Assembly: GCA_965249725.1 (NCBI GenBank)
Contig: CBDFMQ010000002.1
Location: forward strand, 2,496,001-2,560,000
Length of the DNA: 64,000 bases
From: Longimicrobiales bacterium
GTDB taxonomy: Bacteria; Gemmatimonadota; Gemmatimonadetes; Longimicrobiales; Gaopeijiaceae
Direction of reading: 5' to 3'
Numbering within the stretch: position 1 is the stretch's first letter; every line of letters starts with the position of its first letter. The notes below the pieces were generated by a model. The model worked only from the letters and a program-made list of their open reading frames with translations, searched no databases and was not told the origin of the DNA. Shown here one piece after another: positions 1 to 10,345 of the stretch. A program made the position numbers and the translations under genes.

Positions 1-787
1 TCTCGCCGAAACGCACTCGGGGGCTGAATTCCCGGAGATGTACAGTCGTGCTCCGCGTATCCAATGACTGCTGGAAGAGCGCGATGCGCGTCTCGGCCCA
101 GAGCCGCTTACCGAACAGGAGGGGCGAGTTCACAGCAGCGGCCAGCACCGGTCCCATGACCGCCTGCGACATGTTGTACATGTCGGCGAATTCGTCTGCA
201 TCGACCTGTAGGTGGACCTGACAACTCGTGTTGCAGGCCTCGAGCATGACGGAGTCGTGCTCGATCTGAAGCTCGTCCCGCCCCTCGATCTGCAGTCGGT
301 AGGCCCCGCCGCGCATCTTGTTCAAGGCCTCGTTCAGGGCGTAGTAGCGAGCCTTGGGCGTGATGTTGTCGAGCGTCAGGTCGGATTTGCTGAGGGTGGG
401 CAGGATTCCCGACAACACGATCTCGGCACCCACCTTGTGCGCCGCATCGCGGGCCATGCCCAGCAGCTCTTCGATTCGGACCTGGAGTCCACCGAAGCAC
501 CCGCCCTCCAACATCATGGGCTCGATGTTCATCTCGAGATTGAACTGAGCCAACTCCGGCGTGAAGCTGTCTTCGTCGAGAAGATCGAGGACCTGTAGAG
601 CCACAGGGGCCGGTCTCCAAGCGTGGTCGACCAGGAACATCTCCTGCTCGCAGCCGAACCGTCGCACCCCCGACTCGATCATGCCGTCTTCCAGCATCTT
701 CTCCAACGCCCTCAGGTCGGTGAGAAGGGCCTTGGTGAACGACCGGATCGCTTCGCTCCCCTGCTCCGGGACGAGGTCTTGACCCAT
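1..787 (-). CDS. Glutamate-cysteine ligase (GCS2-like) family protein, 5' part, runs off the window edge
   Basis: Not in the ORF track. Manual translation from ATG at 787 gives MGQDLVPEQGSEAIRSFTKALLTDLRALEKML...RRFGCEQEMFLVD...ELAQFNLEMN...EACNTSCQVHLQV...NSPLLFGKRLWAETRIALFQQS, open to position 1; motifs are typical of carboxylate-amine ligases. Confidence 0.8.
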   Translation of the reverse strand, partial: MGQDLVPEQGSEAIRSFTKALLTDLRALEKMLEDGMIESGVRRFGCEQEMFLVDHAWRPAPVALQVLDLLDEDSFTPELAQFNLEMNIEPMMLEGGCFGGLQVRIEELLGMARDAAHKVGAEIVLSGILPTLSKSDLTLDNITPKARYYALNEALNKMRGGAYRLQIEGRDELQIEHDSVMLEACNTSCQVHLQVDADEFADMYNMSQAVMGPVLAAAVNSPLLFGKRLWAETRIALFQQSLDTRSTTVHLREFSPRVRFGE

Positions 788-831
788 GCGTATCGCTCTA
801 GAGGGCTATTGGAGGAATCGCGGACACGAAC

Positions 832-1503
832 TCACTCGATAAATGTAGCGATCTCGTCGATCGATTTCTTGGTGATATCGGGCACCTGGGCGTCTTCTTC
901 CGGATAGCCCACCACCAAGATCAGGAATACTCTCTCGTTCTTGGGTCGTCCGACGATCTCGTTCAGAAAACCCATCGGGGACGGAGTGTGCGTGAGGGAG
1001 GCCAAACCGGCCTGGTGAACCGCCGTAATCAACATGCCCGTCGCGATGCCCACCGACTCGGTCACGTAGTAGTTCTTGGACTTGTGACCGTCCCCGGCGA
1101 GCTCATAGCTCTCCGCTAGAATCACGATCAGGTAAGGGGCCTTCTCCAGAAATGGCTTGTGCTCGTCGGTGCCCAGATGCTCCAGGGCCTCGAGCCACTC
1201 GTCGCCCGCCCGGCCCGCATAGAACTCCCGCTCCTCTTCTTCCGCCGCTTCCCGGATCTGACGCTTGATGTCCGGGTCACCGACGACCACGAAGTGCCAC
1301 GGCTGCTTGTTGGCTCCGTTGGGGGCCGTGCCGGCCGCCAGCAGGCAGTTTTCGATGACTTCCCGCGGGACCGGGCGATCTGAGAAATCCCGGACCGTAC
1401 GCCGCCTGCGCACCTCTTCGAGAAAGCTCGCCGAGCGGGTCCTCATCTCGTCTTCGGGTAGCCGGACGTAGCTGGGAAGAGGTATGAAACCGGCTTTGGG
1501 CAT
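832..1503 (-). CDS. Nitroreductase-family protein, iodotyrosine deiodinase (IYD)-like
   Basis: [71 protein letters not shown] match the IYD subgroup. Confidence 0.85.
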   Translation of the reverse strand: MPKAGFIPLPSYVRLPEDEMRTRSASFLEEVRRRRTVRDFSDRPVPREVIENCLLAAGTAPNGANKQPWHFVVVGDPDIKRQIREAAEEEEREFYAGRAGDEWLEALEHLGTDEHKPFLEKAPYLIVILAESYELAGDGHKSKNYYVTESVGIATGMLITAVHQAGLASLTHTPSPMGFLNEIVGRPKNERVFLILVVGYPEEDAQVPDITKKSIDEIATFIE

Positions 1504-1507
1504 GGAT

Positions 1508-2062
1508 TCAGCTGCTCGTTAGTTGTTGGTGGACCAGGACCAGATTACGGACACGCTCCCACGTTGCAAGTACCCGCGCGGCAGGCACACCCAATTGGTT
1601 CGCTAGAACGCGGATGTTCACCAGTGCCACTAAGGCCCCATCCTCCACGGGCAGCGAAGCCCAATCAGCCCGTGGCGTCTCCCCGAAGCTTCGATACGTA
1701 TCAGCAAGCGGACCCAGGCTCGTGTCCGGCTGAAAGGAGATCCGAAAGACGTCGGCGCCCACGCCGTAACGCTGGGTTATCGTCATCCAGGGCGCCCCGG
1801 CGTCCCGTTGCGTTGCGATCGCGTCCGGCGACACGCCGGCTCGTCTCGCAACAAAGAGAACGACCGTGATCTCCTCGGGCGGCAACTGCCACTCGCCCAA
1901 GATCCGAACCTCCTCCAACGAGACCGAAAAGGCTGCACCGACCGTCCGGTAGTAAGCCTCGACAGCAGCATCGTCCGGTCCAGGGAGCTGGGCCGACGAC
2001 GAAGGGGGTAGGACGCACATCACCAGGAGCGCTCCAAACACGGCTTTTACGACTGAGCCCAT
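1508..2062 (-). CDS. Hypothetical exported protein
   Basis: 184-aa ORF with signal-peptide-like N-terminus (..SSSAQ), ending 4 nt before the IYD-like start. Confidence 0.65.
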   Translation of the reverse strand: MGSVVKAVFGALLVMCVLPPSSSAQLPGPDDAAVEAYYRTVGAAFSVSLEEVRILGEWQLPPEEITVVLFVARRAGVSPDAIATQRDAGAPWMTITQRYGVGADVFRISFQPDTSLGPLADTYRSFGETPRADWASLPVEDGALVALVNIRVLANQLGVPAARVLATWERVRNLVLVHQQLTSS

Positions 2063-2302
2063 TGCTCTCTCCCGACCGGGGTGCGCCTCCCAACGGACTC
2101 AGCGCCCGCCGAGGATCCGAGAATCGCACGCTTCCACAATCTTCTACTCGAATGGAGGATCCGCCATGCACTGGCCCCATCCTCTACCGCAATGCCCGTG
2201 CCGCCACTTCGTATGGTCAGGGTGCGGCATCGAGTGAAATAGCGCCAACGCGTGGGACGTTCGAACTCTTGACTGCCAAATCGGCGGGTTCACGGGCACC
2301 TG

Positions 2303-2317
2303 TGGCACGACTCTTGA
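2303..2317 (+). promoter_or_regulatory. Possible sigma-54 (-24/-12) promoter upstream of the STAS gene
   Basis: TGGCACG-ACTC-TTGA: perfect -24 box, -12 box TTGA instead of TTGC, ~60 nt before the RBS/ATG. Confidence 0.35.
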
Positions 2318-2375
2318 GGTGTAATAAGGTGGAGCGGCCGCCACGACGGCGACCGACCAACGACGCGAGGAGGTC

Positions 2376-2702
2376 ATGATGAACGGGCACGATAGCAACA
2401 GGTGGGGTCGGAAGCTTCCGGCTAACATGCCGGTTGTTGCCACCGCGCCTACAGAGGCCACATCCCTCGAGACGCCCCCCGAGGCGTCTCCGGAACTCGA
2501 TCTCGTCATCGACTTCCATGGGGCGCAAATCTTTGGCCTGGCTGGACTTACGATGCTCTTGACGGCGCAGCAGATCGCCGACTCCGAGAATCGACAGGTT
2601 TGGCTGATGGACCTTCCAGAGGGCGCGTGGCGTCTTCTCAGGGCCCTGGGTCTGGATGACCACTTCGTATGCGTCCCCCTTATGGGAGACCAGCCGAACT
2701 AG
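2376..2702 (+). CDS. STAS-domain protein (anti-anti-sigma factor-like)
   Basis: LVIDFHGAQIFGLAGLTMLL...VWLMDLPEGAWRLLRALGLDDHF is the STAS pattern; GAGGAGG RBS. Confidence 0.65.
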   Translation: MMNGHDSNRWGRKLPANMPVVATAPTEATSLETPPEASPELDLVIDFHGAQIFGLAGLTMLLTAQQIADSENRQVWLMDLPEGAWRLLRALGLDDHFVCVPLMGDQPN

Positions 2703-2718
2703 TAGTAACAGAGTGGAG

Positions 2719-2756
2719 AAAGCCCTTCGCCGAGTACCGGCGAAGGGCTTTTTTTT
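2719..2756 (+). terminator. Rho-independent terminator
   Basis: Stem AAAGCCCTTCGCCG / CGGCGAAGGGCTTT followed by a T run, between convergent genes. Confidence 0.85.
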
Positions 2757-2800
2757 CGCATTTCGGACCAAAGTGCCCACTGAATGGGTCAGATTTCCGA

Positions 2801-4357
2801 CTACTCAGACACGATCTGACTCCAGCTCTCCGGGTTCCACTGCGGCCGTTCGGTGCGTTCGGCCACTTCGTAGCCGAGGAAGAACAAGAGCTTGGTGATC
2901 CTCGACGCCTTGTCCGTATCAATGCGATCCACCTCGTCGTCGAGCCCGTGGTAGTCGTCGTGCGTCCCGTTGAAGAAGAACAGGATCGGCACACCCTTCT
3001 GGGCGAAGTTGAAGTGGTCCGACCGATAGTAGAACCGCTCGTCCGGCCAGATATCGTCGATGGCGGTCATGTCGAGTTCGGGGTGCGCACCGTTCACCTG
3101 GTTCATCGTCGCGCCCAGGTCGGAGTGCTCCTTGCCGATGACGACGATCGTATCCGACCAATTCCGCCCGATCATGTCGGCGTTCAGATTCGCCACCATG
3201 CGATCGTGCGGTATCGGTGAGTTGTTCGCGTAGTACTCGCTGCCCCACAGGCCCTTCTCCTCCCCGCTGACGGTCAGGAAGACCATCGAACGCTTGGGCC
3301 TCGTGCTCATCCTCGCGTAGGCCTCGGCCAGCTCGAGGATGGCCGTGGTTCCAGAAGCGTCGTCGTCGGCACCGTTGTAGATGCTGTCTCCCTCGGCATT
3401 CGGTGTTCCCATACCGATGTGGTCCATGTGCGCACTGAAGATCACGTACTCGTCTTTGAGCACTGGATCACTCCCCTCGAGGATGCCCACCACGTTGGGG
3501 GCCGAGTCGTCGTCGATGACCCGGACTCGCGATGATAGTCGGAGAGTCAGTCCCGGAGCATCGAGGACGGTGACGTTCCGTCGCTCACGGGCCGCGGCGA
3601 GGTCCACCCCGTAGGCAGCCAGGATCGGCTCGATGGCCCGGTCCCTGACTTCCAGGGTCAGACCACCCGATCCACCTCCGCCGGAGCCAACGCGCACGCT
3701 CGACGTGTTCTCGAGGCTCTGGACCACGCTGTTCCAATCGCGGTCGGATTTGCTCGTCGCGACGAGCACGGAGAGGGCCCCCTCTCGCCGTAGGTTGGCA
3801 ACGAATCGGAAGCTGCTCCGGTCCGTTCCCGCCGGTGAGGACGCCACGATCACATGCTTGCCATTCACTGCCGCACCGATCTCGGGGGTCACGCTCCCCA
3901 GCCCCGCCAGAACCACCACCTCACCTTCCGCCTCGGCTTCGGATGCTCCACGGGGCGAAATGAGATCGCGGCCGAATCTCAACTCTCCACCGCCACTCAC
4001 TTCGGCGGAAGATGCGACGATATCGGCACCCACCCTCTGAATGGCGTACCGCTGGATGTAGCCGCCGGCGTCGCCACCCGGAGTCAGTCCGAGTCGCTCG
4101 AACTCGCTCGCGATCCAGGCCGCGGTCATCTCCAGACCGGGACTCGGGGTGTTCCGCCCGCCCATGCTGTCGTGGGCGATCACGCTGATCTTCCTGAAGT
4201 AGTCGTCCGGCGTGATGGATGCGGCCGCACCAAGCACGTCCGCCGTAAGGGGTGCCAGAGAGACCTCTTGTTCGGAGGGCGTGACCCCCGACTCCTGGGC
4301 GCAGGCGGAGGCCGTGGCCACCACGGTCCCGACCAACAACGCAATTGCCGTCTTCAT
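2801..4357 (-). CDS. M28 family aminopeptidase with PA-like insert, probable lipoprotein
   Basis: SAHMDHIG, NGADDDASGT, SGEEKGLWGS, NADMIGR, RSDHFNF, DYH; lipobox-like TASAC. Confidence 0.9.
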   Translation of the reverse strand: MKTAIALLVGTVVATASACAQESGVTPSEQEVSLAPLTADVLGAAASITPDDYFRKISVIAHDSMGGRNTPSPGLEMTAAWIASEFERLGLTPGGDAGGYIQRYAIQRVGADIVASSAEVSGGGELRFGRDLISPRGASEAEAEGEVVVLAGLGSVTPEIGAAVNGKHVIVASSPAGTDRSSFRFVANLRREGALSVLVATSKSDRDWNSVVQSLENTSSVRVGSGGGGSGGLTLEVRDRAIEPILAAYGVDLAAARERRNVTVLDAPGLTLRLSSRVRVIDDDSAPNVVGILEGSDPVLKDEYVIFSAHMDHIGMGTPNAEGDSIYNGADDDASGTTAILELAEAYARMSTRPKRSMVFLTVSGEEKGLWGSEYYANNSPIPHDRMVANLNADMIGRNWSDTIVVIGKEHSDLGATMNQVNGAHPELDMTAIDDIWPDERFYYRSDHFNFAQKGVPILFFFNGTHDDYHGLDDEVDRIDTDKASRITKLLFFLGYEVAERTERPQWNPESWSQIVSE

Positions 4358-4514
4358 CTAAGCGATTCCAGTCAACAGTTCGAAATAGGCCTCAGTGCGA
4401 AACAAGCCTCAAAGAGATACGAGACGAGGCCCATAGTTTACCGCTCCGCTCATCACGGGCCAACGAGTGGATCGCATGACGGCCATGCGGAAGAAGTAGG
4501 GCAGGTAGCGGGGG

Positions 4515-5645
4515 TCAGCGCCCTGCCACTGCCCGGTCGAGCAGATCCGACAGCTGCGCCTCGCCAAGGGGCCCGCGAAGGATGCCCAAGCCACCCGGGA
4601 CGGCGCGGACCACCTGGCTCCATCCCTCCGGGAGGGGCAGATCCATAAGACCCTCCGCGTCCTTCAGAGCGTCTCGCTCCGACCGTTCCGGACCCTGCGC
4701 CTCGCGTAGGGCCACCTTTCGGCTGTCGTCGCCACCCTCTCCAGGCACGAACCGCAACTCGATCGTACGCCCGTCGGGGAGTCCGTGGACGATCGTCACC
4801 GCCGGACCAGTATCCCCGAATACACTCGACACGTAGACGTCGCGAATCGGCAGCCCCGGAATCACGAAGGAGCCCGTGCGTCCGGCGACCGACACCTCAT
4901 CGGTGACGATCGCCGCCGCCGCCTGAGGCAGGGCCTCCGATACGCGCTGCTGGACGAGCTGGCTCGCTGCGCCTCCTACGTCCCGCCGTCCGACCTCGGC
5001 TTCCTCCGCAGATTCCATGCGGGCCACATCAGGAGCGTCCGCGGTCGGAGCGTCCACAGAAGGGGCCGAGACCTCGGAGATCGCCGAGATCGCCCCGCGG
5101 GCGGCCGTCGGTGCGGTCTCCGCGTCGAGATCTTGCGACTGAACCGGCGCTGCAGCGGAGGCGGAGAAGTCGTCCAGTTCCGCCTGTCGGTCGCCGGAAT
5201 CGGCGTCGAAAGCGTTGACGGCCTCGTTGGCCCGGGACTCGAGACCTCCTTGAACCGCTCCCGCGGCGAGCGAAGGTGTCGTAGCCAAGTCGCGGGCGGG
5301 CGACGTGAGATCGCGGGCCAGCCATCCGGCTCCGAGCGATACCACGATCGTGGCCGCCATCCGGAGGGTCCGGAAGCTCGAACCACCAGCGGCCGGGCGA
5401 CCCGGCTCAGACTCACCGGCCCGAGCGACCAGCTCCTCGAACGGTGCGAGGTCCAACGGGGCCTCGGCAGTCGCGGCCAGAATCTCCGAAGCGACCAAGC
5501 GGAGCTGCCGCTCCTCGTCCAGCAACCGTGCGCAAACGTCGCACTCGTCCAGGTGCTGCCTGACGCGCTCGGCCTCGTCCTCGGGAAAAGCGCCCAGGGC
5601 GCCATCGAGGTAGGCGTGGATGTCTCCCTTACTGACGTGCGGCAT
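4515..5645 (-). CDS. Zinc-binding anti-sigma factor (zf-HC2) with one TM segment
   Basis: MPHVSKGDIHAYLDG...HLDECDVC (HxxxCxxC), hydrophobic MAATIVVSLGAGWLA; overlaps the ECF sigma stop. Confidence 0.8.
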   Translation of the reverse strand: MPHVSKGDIHAYLDGALGAFPEDEAERVRQHLDECDVCARLLDEERQLRLVASEILAATAEAPLDLAPFEELVARAGESEPGRPAAGGSSFRTLRMAATIVVSLGAGWLARDLTSPARDLATTPSLAAGAVQGGLESRANEAVNAFDADSGDRQAELDDFSASAAAPVQSQDLDAETAPTAARGAISAISEVSAPSVDAPTADAPDVARMESAEEAEVGRRDVGGAASQLVQQRVSEALPQAAAAIVTDEVSVAGRTGSFVIPGLPIRDVYVSSVFGDTGPAVTIVHGLPDGRTIELRFVPGEGGDDSRKVALREAQGPERSERDALKDAEGLMDLPLPEGWSQVVRAVPGGLGILRGPLGEAQLSDLLDRAVAGR

Positions 5646-6135
5646 CTGCTTGCTCCAGCTCTCCATGCGCCTTCACGAGCCGCTGTCTGGCCCGGGCGAG
5701 CGTGGTCCCCACCGCTCCCACGGACAAGTCCAGCGCCTCCGCGATCTCTTCGTAGTTCTGCCCTGCATCCCACAGAAGAAGGGCCTCACGGTCCCGTTCC
5801 CCCAGGCACTCCAGCGCTCTCCGGACCTCCGCCTCGCGCTCGCCTCGCTCCAACTCCGCCTGCGGATCGGGAGCGGGCCCACGAACCTCGACCTCGGACT
5901 TGAGAAGGGTGAGGTGCTTCTTACGACGCATGGCGGTCCGCGCCTCGTCACGAGCCAGGTTGGCCGCTACAGTAAACAGCCAGGCCCGGGGCTTTTCGGG
6001 TTGCTCCCGCAGCGCACGGACGAACGTCTCCTGTGCCAGATCCTTGGCCCGCTCCAGATCCCACACCTTGCGGTGGAGGAAGCGAACCAGATCCGGCAGA
6101 GTCGTTCGGTAGAGCTCTGCCCAGTCAGCGTCCAC
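5629..6135 (-). CDS. ECF RNA polymerase sigma factor
   Basis: Region 2 AKDLAQETFVRA / AWLFTVAANLARD and region 4 REALLL...YEEIAEALDLSVGAVGTTLARARQRL. Confidence 0.9.
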   Translation of the reverse strand: MDADWAELYRTTLPDLVRFLHRKVWDLERAKDLAQETFVRALREQPEKPRAWLFTVAANLARDEARTAMRRKKHLTLLKSEVEVRGPAPDPQAELERGEREAEVRRALECLGERDREALLLWDAGQNYEEIAEALDLSVGAVGTTLARARQRLVKAHGELEQADAARQ

Positions 6136-6335
6136 AGCGTCCTCGCTCGATCACGTAGGAGGCCCATTCTCCATGGTGGGGCTCCGAAGCTTGGCTCAGG
6201 TACCCCACGGACGACCCCTGAGAGCCGTCCTGCATATCTGGAGACGAACGAGACGCATCGACTTGCACACACACGTACGGGCGCACGGGTCGACTCAAAC
6301 CGCGTGGCATGACCTCGCCAGCGGGGCAGTTGGGC

Positions 6336-9011
6336 CTAGTCGGCCCTCAATGCAGCAACCGGATCGATGCGGGTGGCTCTCCGAGCGGGGATGTAGCTCG
6401 CCAGGAGCGCGACCGCGATCAGGAGTCCCGAAACGGTGACCAACGTCACCGGGTCCCCCTCGGATACGCCGAACAGGAGTGACGAGGCCAGGCGACTGAA
6501 CCCGAAGGCCGCTACCAGGCCGAGGGCGAGCCCCCCCAGGGCCAGACGAAGCCCCTGCGCGACCACCAGGCGTCGAACGTCGCTGGGTTGGGCGCCCAAC
6601 GAGACCCTCACGCCCATCTCATGGGTGCGCTGCGAGACGGTGTAGGAAAGGACGCCGAAGAGGCCAACAGCTGCGAGGACCAGCGCTACTGCGCCGAAGA
6701 CCCCCAGGAGCACCGTGTTGAACCGGCGTCCAGCGACCGATGACGACAGAGCCTCTTCCGTAGCAGACACGTTCTCCACGGGCACCGTCGAGTCGAAGCT
6801 CCAGACGGCCTCGCGGATCGCAGGCAAGACCGTCGCGATATCACCGTCCGCCCGCACGAGAAGGGTCATGTCGGTCATCGGCCGCTGACCGTGTGGGAAG
6901 TAGAATCCCGGCTGGGCTTCGGCCTCACGGCCGAAGTACCGGACGTTGGATGCGAGCCCAACGATCTCCCAGCGGCCCGTGGGAGTCCCTTCCCACCAGG
7001 TTCCCAACTGCAGGACCTGACCGATCGGATTCTCGCCGGGGAAGTAGCGATCGGCGAACGCCTGGTTGATCATCACCACACCCGGCGCCTCCGCGTGGTC
7101 GAGATCCGTGAAGTCACGACCCCGCACCAACGGGATGCCCGCCGTTTCGAAGTACCCGGGCGAGACCGGTCGGTACTGGGCCTCCGGCCTCACACCACCG
7201 TCCGGCTCCGGCCGGCCCTCGACCCAGAAGCTCGTGGTCCAACTGGGGTCGGTGGGCCCTGCATAGGCCACTGCAGCGTTGCGAACACCCGATGCGTCGC
7301 GGGTCTGGCGTGTGACCTGGTCGAAGAAGGACGCCACCTCCGGCCACCTCTCGGGGGTGTACTGCGTGAACGGCAGTGCCAGCGTCACCTCCCAGAGGTC
7401 GTCCGGGTTGAAGCCCGGATCGACGGACTGGACGGCGATGAAGCTCCGAATCAGGAGGCCGGATGCGACCACGAGAACCATGGCCACGGCGGTCTCGAGA
7501 ATCACGAGCGACCCACGGAGTCGACCGCCGGAGATGCCTCGCATACCGCGTGAACCGTCCTTGAGTGTCTCAGAGACCCGAGCGTTGGAGCCGCGCAGGG
7601 CAGGCACAAGACCGAAGATCACCGCCGTCATGAGTGTCACGCCGGCCATGATCGCCAGGATGCGTACGTCCATAACGATCTCGTCAGCCCGGGGCAGAGC
7701 CTGCGGTGGGGCCGATGCGAGTATCACACGAAGGCCGGCATAAGCCAGGCCCAGGCCGGCTACCCCACCGATCACGGCCAGAAGCGCACTCTCAGTGAGA
7801 AGCTGCCGAACGAGCCGGATACGTCCGGCACCGAGCGCCGTCCGGATCGCCACCTCCTGGCCCCGGGCCGCCGTCCGAGCCAGAAGCAGGTTGGCCACGT
7901 TGGCGCAGACGATGAGCAGCACCAGACCAACCGCGCCCAAGAGGATGAGCAACGCCGGTCGGGCGTTGCCTACCATGGCCTCTTTGAGTGGCTCGACCCA
8001 GGCCGATCGCTCCAGGTTGCTGTCCGGGTACTGCTCTTCCAGAAGCGACGCGATGGCGGCGAACTCCTCGGAGGCCGCCGTGGCATCGATTCCCGGCTTG
8101 AGGCGTCCGACCACGATCAGGCGGTGCATGCCTCGGTCGTCACGGCCCACGTCCTGGGCTGCCGGCAACCACATGGACACCCCGCCCGGGTAGTCGAAAG
8201 AGGCGGGCATCACTCCGACGATGGAATGGGTCACCCCGTCCACCTCGACGGAGCTACCCAAGACCGTGGGATCGCCTCCGTAGCGCTGCCTCCACAACCC
8301 GTGTGCAAGCACGGCGACCGGCTGCCCGTCAATCACATCTTCTTCGTCGAGAATGACCCTGCCCAGCGCCGCCGGCACCCCGAAGGCGCGGAACAGGCTG
8401 GACGTCACCCGTCCGATCGGAACCGATGTCGGCTCCGCATCCCCTGACGTGACGGTGGCCTGTGGGGTCCGATACGCGCCCAACTCCTCGAAGGACTCCT
8501 GGGTCGAAAGGAAGTCCTGGAGGTCGGGATACGAGGTCCATCCTCGCCCGAAGCTGCCCGGCTGGGTGGACCTCCCCCACACCAAGGCGAGCCGATCCCC
8601 TCCCTCGAAGGGCAGCGATCGGAAGAGTACCGCGTCCACGACCGTGAAGATGGCGGTGTTGGCACCGATCCCGACGGCGATCGTGGCCACGGCCACAAGA
8701 GCGAACCCGGGGCGGCGCAGCAGCGCCCGCGACCCGTACCGAACATCCTGAGCGAGCGTCCCCACCCAGTCACCCCTCCCATATCTCGTTCTACGATTCC
8801 CTGCCAGTTCCTCGACCCATTCACCCGCCACGGCCCGGGTCACGTCGAGCGCCTCTCCGGCGACGAGTCGCATCGCCGCCCCCAAGCCCGCCGCTCGAGC
8901 TCTGCCTAACCGCTGCGCAAAGACGAACACCATCTCATCGCCATGCTCCCACCGGAAATCGCGAGGGAGAAGGCGAGTCACCGCCCGGTACAGCCACACC
9001 ACGGTCCGCAT
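6336..9011 (-). CDS. ADOP-type duplicated ABC permease (MacB/FtsX-like), copy 1
   Basis: QDVRYGSRALLRRPGF, GIGANTAIF, LLIVCANVANLLLAR, EVAIRTALGAGR, RTHEMGVRVSLGA, YIPARRATRIDPVAALRAD. Confidence 0.92.
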   Translation of the reverse strand: MRTVVWLYRAVTRLLPRDFRWEHGDEMVFVFAQRLGRARAAGLGAAMRLVAGEALDVTRAVAGEWVEELAGNRRTRYGRGDWVGTLAQDVRYGSRALLRRPGFALVAVATIAVGIGANTAIFTVVDAVLFRSLPFEGGDRLALVWGRSTQPGSFGRGWTSYPDLQDFLSTQESFEELGAYRTPQATVTSGDAEPTSVPIGRVTSSLFRAFGVPAALGRVILDEEDVIDGQPVAVLAHGLWRQRYGGDPTVLGSSVEVDGVTHSIVGVMPASFDYPGGVSMWLPAAQDVGRDDRGMHRLIVVGRLKPGIDATAASEEFAAIASLLEEQYPDSNLERSAWVEPLKEAMVGNARPALLILLGAVGLVLLIVCANVANLLLARTAARGQEVAIRTALGAGRIRLVRQLLTESALLAVIGGVAGLGLAYAGLRVILASAPPQALPRADEIVMDVRILAIMAGVTLMTAVIFGLVPALRGSNARVSETLKDGSRGMRGISGGRLRGSLVILETAVAMVLVVASGLLIRSFIAVQSVDPGFNPDDLWEVTLALPFTQYTPERWPEVASFFDQVTRQTRDASGVRNAAVAYAGPTDPSWTTSFWVEGRPEPDGGVRPEAQYRPVSPGYFETAGIPLVRGRDFTDLDHAEAPGVVMINQAFADRYFPGENPIGQVLQLGTWWEGTPTGRWEIVGLASNVRYFGREAEAQPGFYFPHGQRPMTDMTLLVRADGDIATVLPAIREAVWSFDSTVPVENVSATEEALSSSVAGRRFNTVLLGVFGAVALVLAAVGLFGVLSYTVSQRTHEMGVRVSLGAQPSDVRRLVVAQGLRLALGGLALGLVAAFGFSRLASSLLFGVSEGDPVTLVTVSGLLIAVALLASYIPARRATRIDPVAALRAD

Positions 9012-9014
9012 CTA

Positions 9015-9383
9015 TCAGCTCCGCTTCGCGGGTCCAGCGAACGCGGGAAGCACGTTCTGGGCCCGAGCGAGATCTGTTAGGCGCTCGTGCCGACGCGCCT
9101 CCGCCTCCACGACTGCGTGTCCCAACGGCGTGAGTTCATAGTACTTACGCCGGGGATCCGTCTCCTCGGCCGGACGCGCCGCCTCGTCGATGAGACCGTC
9201 CTTCCGTAGACGCTTGATCGCCGAGTAGAGCGTGCCCGTCCCGATCGTCACCTCTCCATCGGTGCGCCGCTCGACCTCGAGCAGGATTCCGTAGCCGTGG
9301 CGGGCGCCCTCCACCATCGACAGCAGAATCAGGAACACCGGCTCGCTTATGGGCTGGTGGTCCGAAACGTCGTATTCACTCAT
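9015..9383 (-). CDS. PadR family transcriptional regulator
   Basis: ILLSM..GARHGYGI, GTGTLYSAIKRL, RRKYYELTPLG; start chosen at ATG 9383 after GGAG; directly upstream of ADOP copy 1. Confidence 0.88.
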   Translation of the reverse strand: MSEYDVSDHQPISEPVFLILLSMVEGARHGYGILLEVERRTDGEVTIGTGTLYSAIKRLRKDGLIDEAARPAEETDPRRKYYELTPLGHAVVEAEARRHERLTDLARAQNVLPAFAGPAKRS

Positions 9384-9431
9384 GGATGACTCCATCTCGA
9401 GCCTCATTCTCCGTAGATACCTCGTCACTAA

Positions 9432-9452
9432 CTATATCAGTATACGATATAG
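9432..9452. promoter_or_regulatory. Palindromic candidate PadR operator overlapping a -10 box
   Basis: CTATATC-AGTATAC-GATATAG (7-7-7 inverted repeat), AT-rich; reads TATACT on the minus strand. Confidence 0.55.
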
Positions 9453-9482
9453 CGAGAGGTGACCCAATGGCGCCTGGATACG

Positions 9483-9511
9483 AAAAAGGGGGCGACCGTG
9501 GTCGCCCCCTT
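9483..9511 (-). terminator. Rho-independent terminator of the ABC ATPase gene
   Basis: AAAAAGGGGGCGACC-GT-GGTCGCCCCCTT, a hairpin followed by a U-run on the minus strand. Confidence 0.8.
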
Positions 9512-9533
9512 CGACGCGCTGACCGCTCAGCGC

Positions 9534-10289
9534 CTAGACGTCGAAGCCGGACTCCTCGAGCTCTGTCGCGTGCTCGGCCCGCTTTGCGTCTTCTTCGTCG
9601 ACCACCTGGCCGTCGAAGAGGTGCACCGAACGCTCCGCCACCGTGGCGTAGCGCGGATCGTGCGTCACCATGCAGATCGTGGCGCCCTCGTCGTGGAGCT
9701 CGTTCATCAGGTCCATGACGGCGTTGCCGTTCTTGGAGTCGAGGTTACCCGTCGGCTCGTCCGCCAGCAGGATGAGGGGTCTGCCCACAATGGCCCGGGC
9801 CACCGCCACACGCTGCTGCTGACCGCCCGAGAGCTGGCTCGGGTAGTGCGTCATGCGGTGGGCCATGCCCACCCGCTCCAACGACGCATGCACGCGCTCC
9901 TTACGCTCGGCTCCACCCATGCCGCGATATGTGAGCGGTAGCTCGACGTTCTCGAAGACCGTCAGGTCCCCGATCAGGTTGAACGCCTGGAAGATGAACC
10001 CGATGGCCTGGTTGCGGATCTTGGCCCGCTGAGAAGCCGTCAGGTTGGCAACCGGCTCGCCGTCGAGCAGATAGTCGCCGCCCGTAGGCGAATCCAGCAG
10101 CCCGAGAATCGAGAGTAGAGTGGTCTTACCGCAGCCCGACGGGCCCGCGATGGAGACGAACTCGCCCGCCGCGATGTTCAGGTGGATCTCGGAGAGGGCA
10201 TGAGTCTCGACCTCTTCCGTGTAGAACACCTTGCTCAGACCGTTCAGGTTGATGAGGGCCGTGTCCTGTGTCGAATCGCTGGTTTCCAT
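9534..10289 (-). CDS. ABC transporter ATP-binding protein (MacB/LolD-type)
   Basis: Walker A GPSGCGKT, signature LSGGQQQRVA, Walker B ILLADEPTGNLD, H-loop VTHD. Confidence 0.93.
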   Translation of the reverse strand: METSDSTQDTALINLNGLSKVFYTEEVETHALSEIHLNIAAGEFVSIAGPSGCGKTTLLSILGLLDSPTGGDYLLDGEPVANLTASQRAKIRNQAIGFIFQAFNLIGDLTVFENVELPLTYRGMGGAERKERVHASLERVGMAHRMTHYPSQLSGGQQQRVAVARAIVGRPLILLADEPTGNLDSKNGNAVMDLMNELHDEGATICMVTHDPRYATVAERSVHLFDGQVVDEEDAKRAEHATELEESGFDV

Positions 10290-10345
10290 CCGTGCTGCTC
10301 CCTATCTGTGAACCGACTCGCGGGAGGTCCCCCGCTTGGTCATAA

